DNA of 64,000 bases. Origin: Eutreptiella sp. 'Long Island Sound 2002' (lineage: Eukaryota > Protista > Euglenida). Positions 13,643 through 27,233 of this stretch are shown here, in pieces (positions within the stretch are counted from its first letter, which is position 1; each line of letters begins with the position of its first letter). The notes under the pieces are model-generated. The model saw only the letters and a list, made by a program, of their open reading frames with translations. It did not search any database and was not told where the DNA came from. Location: contig OZ038378.1 of NCBI GenBank assembly GCA_964036045.1, forward strand, positions 174,406,001 through 174,470,000, in the 5' to 3' direction. A program made the translations under genes and the position numbers.

Positions 13643-14550
13643 GTCCGCACAACGCGCCGCGCATGCCTTGAGCACCAGCAGCCTTTCGCTGGAGCAGGAG
13701 CAGAGGTTTTTTCCTCTCGTTCAGTGGGTTGGGGTCAAGGTCATGTGGCTCAGCCGTCATAGCAGATAACACCTGACCAGGAGATACCGCGTGCCATAAG
13801 TAGTAACTCTTCGCTGTCCGAGGCGCTGGGACGTCCTTGGTGATGCTGCGAGCCGGAAGGGACTAACGGCTCTCGGGTGCCTGGCGATTGCACGGGCATT
13901 CTAATTTTACCACTACCCCCACCTTCCACGAATCGGCATCCGTCAGAGCGGTTCTTTGTGACACAAGAATCACCTTTGATGAGCGGTGATACAGAGGGGA
14001 TCTGGTCTCTTTGTCCTGGACTATTTTTCTCGTTCACAAAGCCAACTCTCTGATTGGGGAGGGGTCTCCGAGTTCCTCCTCTGTTGCAACATGACAGACA
14101 AAGTTCAGTGGTCGGGCACAAGTGCCAAGCAGACCCGGTGCTGTTCTTTGGGACCAAGATATATCTTGTTTTTTGTTTCACTGAAGGCGACCTGAGGTTG
14201 TCGGTGGCAGAATTGTGTTCACCGAAGGCATTTGAAACTCAACCGACGGGGGCTGGCGCTTCATCGACAGCAATTGGTGGCCCACCAATGGCCGATGACC
14301 GACTGCAGTTATTTGTCGGCTGGCGCTCTGTGGGTCCGAGCGTACCGGGGGACCGACAGTTTTTTTTTTTGTTTGGCCTAAAGGACAGCCCTGAGCAGAC
14401 CGCTTCAAGAGACTACCACAGTTGGTACCAGAGTTGCCCCGCTTCAATTTGTCACAACCAAAAACCAACCCCTCCAATGCACATGGTCCATGTATCGCCT
14501 TGGCATCTTCTCCCCGACACCCAACCTACCCACCTCCTGGATTTTTGCAG

Positions 14551-14773
14551 GTCTGTTGGGCGCCTGTACGCCGGCCTCTCCGCAAACCCCTTCTCTGCGA
14601 GTGCCCTTGCCTCGTCCGCCTCTGGCCCTACACGGAGCTCCAGGCTGCGCAGAGACGTGGCATGGCAGCCTCCGGGACTAACGCCAGAGCCGCAGACCTC
14701 GCCTGGGGGCCGCCAAGCTCCTAAGAAACAGAGAAGCGCGGTCCCTCTGGTGAGGGATTGGACCGTGGAGCAG
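14551..14773 (+). CDS. Putative exon 3 of the SAM-domain gene, ending in the SAM N-terminus (PLVRDWTVEQ)
   Basis: Acceptor TTTTTGCAG| and donor CAG|GTCTGC; joins in phase 0 to VCAWLGSL at 16116. Confidence 0.55.
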
Positions 14774-15639
14774 GTCTGCGCTGTAGTCCGCTAGTGCAGA
14801 AGGGAAGCTCTGCTGGTCAGACCCTGCTTCTAAGCCTTGCTCTGATGTCATGCTCCTTTCCAGAGACCGGAAAAATTTGTGAACACTTGATACTTGTGGA
14901 GAGACGCATTGTGTTTTTTGGGGGGGCACATGAAAATGCACATATGACGTGTTCCCACGAATAGAAAGTGCCCCTGCACAAAAACAAAACGTGTTCTTCC
15001 ATAAACTCAAAGCGTCCCCACTCAAATTGAATGCTCCTACACTGATTTACTCTGTTCTCCCATGAGCGCAAAGCGTCTCTCCACAACAAGAAGTGCCACG
15101 TGGGGCACATCATGTTTATGAGGAGACAGTTTGTGATTATGTGGGGACACGTTATGCTAGTGTGGGGGCACATTGCATTTGTGGGCTGTCACATTCTTCT
15201 CATGGGGGCACACATTAGATCCGCATTGGGGCATGTTGTATTTGTTCAGAGACACTTTATAATGATTGGAGGACAGTTTGCATTACTCTGGGGGCACATC
15301 ATATGTGATTTGGAGGGGAGCGCTTTCTGTTTGTCAGAGGACACTTTCGGTCAGTGTTGCGGCACATTGTATTTGTGAGGGGACACTGTGTTTATGGGTG
15401 GAGACGTTATATTAGTATGGGTGCACGGTAGACTTTTTGGGAGACTCTTTTGTGTTTATGGAGAGACACATATAAGGACACATATCATTATTATTATTAT
15501 GGGTGCACCTTACATTAGTTGGGACAGACTCAAATTTTTTGAGAGCATCGGGAGACATGTCTAATTGTGGGGGGATAGTCTATGTTGTGGATATTTATTT
15601 CTACACCCCTCCCTCCCCCTAAATCTAGCTAACAACAAT

Positions 15640-15950
15640 CAACAAGCAACAAGCAAGCAAGCAACAAGCACGTCATCATTCCGTTTTGGCCATTACTCTG
15701 ACCCAACGCTTCGTGCTCTACTATGCTGTAGCCATCCTAGAGCCTAGGTGGTGGCCTTGCCAAATCCAAGTTTTCAGCCAAAAACTCACCGATGGTGCCA
15801 TGGGTGCAGACGCCATGTTGGGAGGTGCCGTCCCAAATCTGAGCTTTTTTAGGCCAAAAAAAGCCGTTTTCCCCCCCAAACATGGCCTTAGAGCCCATTC
15901 AAAACGGCCAAACGAAGGAAAATGGTGGGTGTGTCAGAGGTTGTATTTCT
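15640..15950. repeat. Interspersed repeat; an inverted copy lies at ~52400-52745
   Basis: CCCATTCAAAACGGCCAAACGAAGGAAAATGGTGG and the (CAAGCAA)-rich end match the reverse complement of CCACCGTTTCCCTTCGTTTGGCCGTTTTGAATG and the TGCTTGCTGC tract at 52.4-52.7 kb. Confidence 0.75.
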
Positions 15951-16115
15951 GAGGGGCACTTTTTATTGAGGATGATGATTTCTATTGGTGCCAGGATGCT
16001 TATACTTGTAGCAGAAATCAGGCAGCTTCCAGGCGATTACCAATGATTAGCCCCCCAAAGCAGGGTCAGCACACGCCACTGCACCCCACCATCATGCATG
16101 CACTGGACTGTGCAG

Positions 16116-16331
16116 GTGTGTGCCTGGCTGGGCAGCCTAGAGCTATCGCAGGACTACTCCCACGTGATCCGGGAGCACCACATCCCAGGGGCTGTGCTGC
16201 TGACCATGACTCAGAAGGACTGGTATGATACGGGTGTGCGCCGGCCCGCAGACATCACGGAGCTAGACATTGCTGTGTGCCAGCTCATCCAGATGGACCT
16301 TGAGTTTGTCAAAATGGCCCGTTCTGGCAAG
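16116..16331 (+). CDS. SAM (sterile alpha motif) domain exon
   Basis: VCAWLGSLELSQDYSHVIREHHIPGAVLLTMTQKDWYDTGV fits the SAM pattern W(T/S)xxxVxxWLxxLxLxxYxxxFxxxxIxGxxLLxLTxxDLxxLG. Boundaries TGCAG| and AAG|GTACGT; 72 codons. Confidence 0.75.
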
Positions 16332-19161
16332 GTACGTCTGTGTGCATTTTGTGTGGCATGTGGTACTTAGGAGGGGCAGGAAGCTTTTTTTTATTGGTGA
16401 CTGTTTTTACTTTTTATATTCAGGACAGATGTTGCCCTCTGCAACGGATGGTTTTCATGGCGTTGTAGCGGAGAGGCACGTTGGGTGTGGCTCGGTGCTG
16501 TCTGGTGTGCATCGCCAGCTCATAACGTACAGGTGAGGCTTTTTGTGACTTCGAAGTTCGATTCCACCAGTTTCAGTCAGCAGACCACCAGTTTCAGTCA
16601 GCAGAGCACATTAGTTCACACAGCTGTTGTGCTGTGCACCACTTGGTGTACCGCGCTGGCCCAAGCTATGCCTTGTCTCACCCTCTGGGGGTGCTCCCCT
16701 TAAAGACCAGGTTTTTTGTTGGCACCGAAATCATCTGGAAGCGGGTTATCAGATCATGGTAGGCACAAGCGCCATAACCCCAGTTTTGTTGGGTTATTTA
16801 CATAGCATACCCAAACGATGCAATTGGGCAGAAAAGTTGTTGGTTTCGGTCGAGGCGCCTCCCGCTGGGTGCCATGACATGTGGACTGAGGCAATGAAGG
16901 CTGTGGTGCAGACGCGGCCAAAGCCTGATGCGGACATTACAACCTGACCTGATTGTAGCCCGCTGGGTGCCATGGTTGCCTCCCCATTTTTTTCACCTGA
17001 AAATGATGGGTGACCTCTGCCGTTACATCAAAACCAGTTGGGCCTGCATATATAAGGCAAACACATACCCCCCCCCCCCCACTTTGGGCCTATTCATGTA
17101 CCATAGCCCAAGGGATTAAATTCAGGGATTTACCCCTTGTAAATCCATATTTTGTCCAACAAAAGTATCCTCCAAGCTGATTTTGGGTGATGATCCCCAT
17201 TTTCAGGAGAACGGGGCTGGAGGGGAGTTGTAAACAAAATTTTGTTGGCTTGTTATGGCCACTATGCCTCAAACTAATCCCAGATCTCTTTCAACTGCTT
17301 CTTCGATGGGCCTAAACAGTCGTCCGCCAAAACAAGGGGGCCGCCCTCACTGTCAATTTCGATTTGATTTAATTTCTGGAGTTCCATTTTGTTTTGGGTT
17401 AATTTGGATTGGGATTGCGTCACTCTAGGAGCTGTGTTTTTGGATTATTTTGGATTATCTAGTGATGAATAACACTGGCTTGCCCTATGCTGTGAGCCAG
17501 TAGGCCAAGGAAGAGTAGCCATCACAGGAACGTCATACCACAACACCCTCTAAAGAAGGTTAGTGATTTGTTGATTTGACCATAGACACTGCTATGCTTT
17601 TGATGCTTTTGATTATGATGACATTGTTATACTTTCATTGCTTTCTTGCTCCTTTACGTTTGTGCGTATTATTAACCTATTGGATCTATTTCCCCCTCCT
17701 ACCATGCCATCGCTCTCTGGTATTTATCTCTTCATGAATTGCTCCTCTCCCGCCAATACTCAGCTCCGGTTCTTAAGAACCCACCCACTTTAGGACCTTT
17801 CACTGTATTGGCCACAATTGAGTCATGAAATGGGCTCCCTCTTTGCATGGACTGAATTTGCTCCCTTGGCCGACCCCGCAATGGGTGAGCACTTGGCTGT
17901 TTTCAGGCTAGTATGGGTGTGCTAAAATTCCGCATTTTTGGGGGTGGGGGACAATTGTTAACAATTTGGGCTGGGTTTGGCCATCCTTTGCTGACAACCC
18001 GGGCATACATGTGCTCATGTATGGCGTAATCCTAGTAACCCCCCCCAAATTTAAGAACCGGGCCCAAACTAAGAACCACCCCAAAAATATGAACCCCCTG
18101 GGGTTTCCACGGAGCGTGCCAAAGACAAGAATCAGCTTGGTCTCTCACAAGCAATTTAGGCCAAAGCTGGGGAACATTGCAATTGCCAGGATCTTCTTTT
18201 TATGCACCAATTACTTACGGAAATGGGAAGTGATGGAAGCTTGGAGCTTTGCAGCTGGCAGGTTGTAGACATGATCATGCAAAGGTTCAGCCAACTGCTC
18301 AGTCACCTCCATACCTGAGTCCTCAGATGCAAGCCATCACAAATTTCCATTTTTTCTGGTGACAGGAAGGTTTCATGGGCAAGACCCCAAAATATAAAAA
18401 TCCCCACTGCTACCGTCAGCAACCGGGCTACTAAAGGAACTAGTTCTCAAATTTTGGGCGGGGGTTTGCCGTTTTGTGATACTTTGTTTTAATGCCGTAC
18501 TGGAGTACCGTTTTTTGATACTTTTTTTTTAATGCTGTACCAGAGTACATACAACAATGCAACTGATGTACCCATAAGCATGCCAAGCATAGGTATTTGG
18601 AGTGCTGTGATGCAAAGATACCCGGTACACTTCTTTGCTATTTGTGGTTGCAACCCAAAAAGTGTTCTTGGGTTAGAGCCAAAAAAAAAGTACTTAGCAC
18701 CAGAATAAAAAGTGCCCGGGAGATATGATGAACAGGTCTCCTTGATCCATGCCGTCCTCAGCCGTGGCCCCAATATGGCACGGGTGTGTGTACCCACCAA
18801 CCACGCTGTTTCCTAGGGTGTAGCCCATGTAGTAGCAGCCTCCGGGGGGCCTTGTATCATTACCAAGGTCCAAACATATGCACCGACCGTGTGCCAGAAT
18901 GACGTATGCTGGCTAATGTTTGTCACTAGGCACATCATACAATATCCAAGTACCCAAACCCTCTTTATTGTGCGTTAACCACCTTGGGTTGCCCCCAAAA
19001 ACATAGAATATTACTAATGTAGTTTTTATGCCCTTTGCAATCACATGTTTTGTTTTTCTGTATCCATCTGCAGATTAATGCCATGTTGCATTGTTCATTT
19101 GTCCATAAATAGCCTTAAAATTAGCCACAAGTGGCAGCAATGAGTCCTTTGGACAAGGATG

Positions 19162-21148
<1,987 letters not shown>

Positions 21149-21559
21149 CTGGGGGTGGCGGGGGGCAGTACAATGGCAGTTGTTGTCTGTGGACTGTCCA
21201 GTTGTTCCTGCCACTTCCCGTCGGGCCGGCCCAAGTATGGCTCCTGGCGCCGGTGGGGCAATCGCTCAAAGTTGCGAGCGGTGTGTGCAGAAAACCGGTG
21301 GAGCCATAATCTCTCCTCGTATGGTAAGGTACTGTTTAGTTATCTCTCAGTTACCGTTCAACTCTCCATGCATGCCGGAGAACTGGTTCGGTGCCAGCTC
21401 CGTGTGCTTGTAAAGAAGTGCAATCGATCACCACAAAAGTATGCTACCATCATGTGCCTGCTGCCATATGATTCCTGATGACAACAAAAACTCCCAGAGA
21501 CCACAATCCAAGCCCCCAAATCTCAGAGAATTTTCGATCACATCCTAGGATTTCGTGCG

Positions 21560-22465
21560 TATAAGGAGATCCAATTCAGTACCAGCCCCCTGTGCTTGCT
21601 GCCTCATTGTATCTGATGAAAAGAAAGAACTCTCCGCAAAATTAACCGTGCCTTATCAAACATCCTGTGCGCACCAGGAAATCTGGCATGGTACCAGTTC
21701 CTAGTGCTTGCTGCCTCATACATTCTGATGATAAGAAAAAACTCTCCGAGACATAAATCGTGCCTCATCAGAGATCCCGTGCGTGTCTGGAGAACTGGTA
21801 CGGTGCCAGCTCCTTGTGCCTGCTGCCCCATAAATTCTGATGAAAAGAAAAAACTCTCCGAGAATTCGATCATGCATCGTCAAAAATCCCGTGCGTATGC
21901 GTGTCTGGAGAACTGGTACGGTGCCAGCTCCTTGTGCTTGCTGCATCATCACTCCTAATGAAAACAAAGAACTCTCCGAGAATTCAATCGTGCCTTGTCA
22001 AAAATCCCGTGCATGTCTGGAGAACTGGTACGGTGCCAGCTCCTTGTGCTTGCTGCCTCATACAAAAAAAAAAAAAAAATTCGTGCCGAGTCAGAAATCC
22101 CGTGCGTGTCTGGAGAACTGGCACGGTGCCAGCTCCTTGTGCTTGCTGCCTCATACATTCAAAAAAAAAAAAAAAAAAAATCGTGCCGCGTCAGAAATCC
22201 CGTGCGTGTCTGGAGAACTGGTACGGTGCCAGCTCCTTGTGCCTGCTGCCTCATAAAATCTGATGAAAAGAAAGAACTCTCCGAGACTTCAATCATGCCT
22301 CGTCAAAATCCCATGCGTGTACGCGTCTGGAGAACTGGTACGGTGCCAGCTCCTTGTGCTTACTAAAAAAAAAAAAAAAGATCTCTCCGAGAATTCGATC
22401 GTACCTCGTCAAAAATCCCGTGCGTGTCTGGAGAACTGGTACGGTGCCAGCTCCTTGTGCTCGCT
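21560..22465 (+). repeat. 5' UTR tandem monomer array (~90-125 bp units, ~7 good plus 2-3 diverged copies)
   Basis: The core CGTGCGTGTCTGGAGAACTGGTACGGTGCCAGCTCCTTGTGC(T/C)TGCTGC recurs near 21790, 21905, 22017, 22107, 22207, 22327 and 22427; diverged versions occur near 21375, 21570 and 21680. Confidence 0.95.
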
Positions 22466-22533
22466 GCCACATGCCACTGACAAAAGTCCTCATTCATCCA
22501 ATATCTCACAACGAACACTAGGGCATCTGCAAT

Positions 22534-24606
22534 ATGTCCAGGTCAGGATCAGAACCTGTCCCCTCCTCTGTCCCCTCCTCTGATGTCACGTCTGCCGCCT
22601 CTCCCCTGACACCACCGGAGTCACAATGGCGATGGAAGAGTTTCCCAAACCGGACGACCAGAGATCCCAGACCAGAGATCGAACAAACTCATGCGCAAGA
22701 TCCAGCACCAGAACCGGAACCGGAGCAACAAGAAGATGAAGTACAAAGGGCTCTCAGAGAATTGCTCTCAGAATCCCCAAAGTCCTCTGATGACATGCTG
22801 ATGACATCCCAGGAAGGACCGTACCAAAGCCAAAATCCAGCCCCAGAGTCTCCCGACGATACGTCCCCCCAGAAAGGACTGAAACCGTACCGAGAACCAG
22901 CCCCAGCACAGAGTCCTGAACAAAGCCAGCAGCAAGCCTCCGTGCAATCAGCAATCAGCAATCCTCCATCCGTTGGTATTGCCCGGGGCCAGGAGTACGT
23001 GCACATCGCCCCCCAGAATCCGTCGGATGATGATGATGATATTGCGAATCCGATCGTGCTGAGAGTACAGGATATCTCTGAAGATAATTACGACGAAATC
23101 AGTTCCATCATCAGGCGAAGACTGGGTGCCACCATTCCACACGCTGCGACAAGGCACCAATTTTGGATGGTCGAGACAACGCAAGACAATTGGCAACGAA
23201 TGTGCCCGGACTCCGCGAATACCTACGAACTGCGTGTGCGTCTGGAAGAGGACGGTGATTTTTTCCGCATCAGATCCCAGCATCAGGATGGATCGCCGTA
23301 CACTCAACATATCAAAGGCAAAGGAAAAGGCAAAAGTGGCCAGCCGCGTACCTCGCCCTCGACGTACTCTGCTCGTGGAGCACCTCACACGCCAGCTCGA
23401 GAGTATTTCCGCGAACACGCCCGCGAACGCTTCGATCGAGACTACAGCCCAGACCGCATGCGTGGAAGGACTCGAGAATACACCAGAGAGCCGGTGCGGG
23501 AACGAGCACATGAATCTTATCGAGATGTCGCCCGCGAACGCCCCAGAGCACATGACAGGACACCAGCCCACGAACTCGAACGAGAATATGTGAAAGAACC
23601 TATCTCTGAGCACGCAGTGGCAGCAGCACGAGCACTCCTGCGCGAGCATGAATGGGAACTGGCACGTGAACGTGAACGTGAACGTGAACGTGAACGTGAC
23701 CGAGAACGTGAACGTGAACGAGTCCTCACCCGTGCGCGTCCTGGCTCTCATGCAAGCACCGTTTCCCGAGACCCGGCTCAGGGCCCCAGCGATTACCGCC
23801 ATCCTCGAGATCGCGACGTTCGCACTGAAGGTCGGATGGAACCCAGACGGTCTGCATACGCCCAACATCGTGATGAAGAAGAAGTTGACGAGCCTCCTGC
23901 CAAGCACCGAAGGATGAGTTCCCCTGTCCCTTCTGAGTACGGCAGGTATGAACCCAGGCGAAGCCGATACCATCATGGCATTCACGAGGAACAGGCACCG
24001 GAACAGGGACCGGAACCGTCCGGCTGGGGACAGACTGGGGTTTTCCCATTCACTGGAGGCTGGGACGTGGTGGCCGAACAGCAAGAACAACAAGCACGCC
24101 CCCGACAGCAGCGATACGATCGGTTTGAGAGACAAGATCCGTATGTTCGTCACGAACAACACAGCCAGCATGAGTATCGATCTCAGAGCAACCGCAGTCC
24201 CATCCACGAACCTGCTGCGCACAGCGCTGAGCCCCACATGGCGAGCCATCTGCCTGCCTCGGACGAAGCACATGACCTGGTGTTGCGACTTCGCAACTTG
24301 TCCGACACGCTTTTTCCGACCTCGGCTTCTCGACCTCCGACCTCGGCCTCTGACGAGCATGCCCGACAGTTCACTCCCCGAGATCCCCGTGGAAAAGGAA
24401 TCCCGGACGCACACGACCCGAGTGTTCCCGCGCATCGGCAGTATGGCAAAGGCAAACCTCAGTACCGCTACCCACATACCCAAGAGTACCGTGGCAAAAG
24501 CGGCAAGAGCGGTGGCAAAAGCAGGAGCGGCAAGGAGAGTGAGCTGACGGTGCCGGTCACGCTGACGGTCAAGCTGCACATGGATGACCCGCGGAAGAAA
24601 GAATGA
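22534..24606 (+). CDS. Retrotransposon ORF1, 690 aa: RRM-like domain, GKGKGK motifs, RE/RD mixed-charge tract
   Basis: Uninterrupted ATG..TGA ORF, largely disordered; one globular-looking segment (23053-23283) aligns by eye to ORF2 29145-29372; NLS-like PPAKHRR. Confidence 0.8.
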   Translation: MSRSGSEPVPSSVPSSDVTSAASPLTPPESQWRWKSFPNRTTRDPRPEIEQTHAQDPAPEPEPEQQEDEVQRALRELLSESPKSSDDMLMTSQEGPYQSQNPAPESPDDTSPQKGLKPYREPAPAQSPEQSQQQASVQSAISNPPSVGIARGQEYVHIAPQNPSDDDDDIANPIVLRVQDISEDNYDEISSIIRRRLGATIPHAATRHQFWMVETTQDNWQRMCPDSANTYELRVRLEEDGDFFRIRSQHQDGSPYTQHIKGKGKGKSGQPRTSPSTYSARGAPHTPAREYFREHARERFDRDYSPDRMRGRTREYTREPVRERAHESYRDVARERPRAHDRTPAHELEREYVKEPISEHAVAAARALLREHEWELARERERERERERDRERERERVLTRARPGSHASTVSRDPAQGPSDYRHPRDRDVRTEGRMEPRRSAYAQHRDEEEVDEPPAKHRRMSSPVPSEYGRYEPRRSRYHHGIHEEQAPEQGPEPSGWGQTGVFPFTGGWDVVAEQQEQQARPRQQRYDRFERQDPYVRHEQHSQHEYRSQSNRSPIHEPAAHSAEPHMASHLPASDEAHDLVLRLRNLSDTLFPTSASRPPTSASDEHARQFTPRDPRGKGIPDAHDPSVPAHRQYGKGKPQYRYPHTQEYRGKSGKSGGKSRSGKESELTVPVTLTVKLHMDDPRKKE

Positions 24607-26049
24607 CCGCGATTGACTGGACCGCCCCACTGATTGGACTGGCCAGCTGTGGACCCCAGACTGTGGTCACAAAGCTACACAGCCGAATGCACCATACATG
24701 ACGCCGGCATCTCAGTGCCCTGTGATCGACCCTGAGTGGGAGAATCCGAAGGATATGCCCACCTATGTCTTTCTGTTTGGGGATCGCTGCCCGAACCTGG
24801 TGCTATTGGTGACGAAAGCTTCCACCTGGAAGCATGGTGTGCTCATGTAATCCATCATCGGCTATCTGAGTGCAATACAGTCACGGGAGAAGAACTTCAT
24901 CCTCACAAACACTGCACCGACCCCAGATGGTGATGAGTGGTGGGAGTTGAGGAGTTGAGGATGCAGAGAATCAGAATCAAGTCCAGATGCGTAAGAATGA
25001 AACCGAATCAATCTGTACTCACGTAAATGCAATCAGAATTCAGAATTCACTCGGAAATCAGCATGCGTGCGCACCCCATGATCCTCAAGCAATTCGCGGT
25101 GTATGCAACCAGGAGGCACCCAAGTTTCAAGTTTCAAGTTTCAAGTTTCAATTTTCTAAACCCCAATCTGGGAGCAAATGATCCGAGGACGTCCAACAGC
25201 CGAAAAAAGAATCTGATCGGATCTGTGACAATTCATGTCCCTCCACGATGTCCCTCGTACGCACGAGTCCTCGGAGAGCACAGTAACAGAAACAGTGATG
25301 CATAAATAAAATAAATTTTTTTTCTACGTTCTTCAACTCAACTTGGTGCTGCCACAATGGACGGATCAACGTGCCCGTACTGGCCATGCCAATCTATTTG
25401 CCGGGAAAGGTACAATCTCTCTCTTCACCCCCCAATCGAGCATCACCCAGCATCCGCATGCCTGACGAAAGAATGAATGTTAAGCACCCCGTCATTTTGC
25501 TATTGAACGCATCACTTCCTGATGCAAATGCTTTCCAAGCGACACTGGAATCGGATCAGTATCCCACCTGCGAAGTGGAGATGTATCACACGTCAATCAT
25601 GCCACACCGGCAATTGCACTGAACCGTCCAGGATGAGTGAATCAGCAGCATCCATAATAACCTCAGCATACGGCCAAAATGCATGCACTCTCAAGTAAAA
25701 TTTTCAAAATACTAACGGACTTCCCACCCGCAATATATGATCCATCTCATTGCTCTCATGCAATCATGCTGCAGCCCGCAATATATAACCCGTCTCATTG
25801 CTCTCATGCAATCATGCTGCAGCCCTTTGGACCAGCACACACGTCCACCGTGGCAACGGTGAACCCCCCGGACAGGAAGCATCGGACCCGATTCATCGGC
25901 ATCCACAGACAATGTCACAAGCACCAGAAGTTATGCAAGAAGTACATCTGCCTGTGCCCTTCTGCCCGTCTGCCCCTCTGCCCAGAGATGATAAATCATC
26001 AACCTGGAGATTCACATCAGAATCAATAACTGCCATGAACATACCAGTA

Positions 26050-26780
26050 ATGTCAAGGTTCTGCATACACCCAGCCCTCATTTTTATGCTGCGCTTGAAC
26101 ACATAATAGAACAAACACGTGCAATAACCATACTTAATTCGTCTCATGCCATGTACGTGGTCCGGAACAAGAGTGACCCGCCAACTGCAATTATCAGAAC
26201 AAATAGTGGAACAGGAATTCCCCAGTCCTCCCTGCAACACTCAATGAAGGAGAACAATCAAGAATGGTGCATGATACATGGTCTCCTCTTCAAGAATGCA
26301 GATCAACAATCCGCCCAGAGTATACGCATCACAAGGTCAGGAAAAGAGTGGAATTCAAACGAAACATCTAGATCAATCGTGGATACGATCACACAGAGAG
26401 CAAAGTATCTGAAGAGACTAGGAAGAAGATGACGGTGGCCTCCTCCGGTCCAGAGAAAGAACCAGCTCAAATAATCAGATTCAGTAGGGCACCCCACACC
26501 AAGACCACATGGAAATCTCAAGGCCAAAATCACAACGTACCATTCTGTAACCTGCAGTGTCCCATCACACCAAGGAGCGATGAATCCTGTTCCAACGATA
26601 TTACATGTTCTCACACCCCACCCCACAATCTCTCACGCGTGCACTGCCCGAGCACTGCCCGAGATTCTGAACACGGCGCCCAACCAACATTCTTCGCCAT
26701 GTTGTCCCTGCAGAAGGAGCAGATTAGAACAGGTATGATAACTCGGCATGCCACAGATGACTTGCACATCATGTTCAAAA
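26050..26780 (+). pseudogene. Decayed paralogous copy of the 3' part of ORF3
   Basis: KENNQEWCMIHGLLFKNADQ...RAKYLKRLGRR vs ORF3 QEGEQQEWGLVPDFLIENADQ...SAKYLNGLGRR; MLSLQKEQIRTGMITRHATDDLHIMF vs MMSPQSEQIRTSMITFRATDELYIMF. The DNA aligns visibly with ~34520-35085; stops and frameshifts are present. Confidence 0.9.
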
Positions 26781-27233
26781 AAAAAAAAAAAAATTTTTTT
26801 TCCCCAAACACACTCAGCATCCAAAGTCATATCGAATCTTTCTTATTCAAAGACAAACAGACAAGGTAAAGCCCTCTCCACACAGCAACACACACTCCCG
26901 GACCCCATGCAAGTATCAAGGCACGAAGGGAAATCGAATAAAGCACTAGCCCTAATCCAGAAGGAGGGCACAGGAACAAGATGCAAAGATCGCAACCAGG
27001 TACGTGCATGCTGCAAGTGATCACAGTTTGCTCAACAACAATATAACGAATAGGGAAGGATCCACAGACCATCAAAAGTGCATGACTGTACATGTGCTCA
27101 CGCAGAAGTCAGTGCAACATTCTCCTCACGTAGTGCCGTTAACAGTGAACCACGCCCCTCCAAAGAACTCACTTCCAGATATCAGACATGCATGCCTTCA
27201 ATGTCAATCAGTGTTCTCTGAAAGAATTTGATC

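Noticed and set aside
16424-16531. Possible further exon of the SAM gene
   Set aside because: Two nearby acceptors give either an early stop or an unremarkable peptide; cannot be resolved without transcripts.
21780-22465. CRISPR-like look (constant core with variable linkers)
   Set aside because: The linkers are homologous to each other, there are no cas genes, and the context is eukaryotic.
22948-24630. 560-aa antisense ORF over ORF1
   Set aside because: Same codon register as ORF1, with no recognisable motif; explained as an antisense shadow of biased codon usage.
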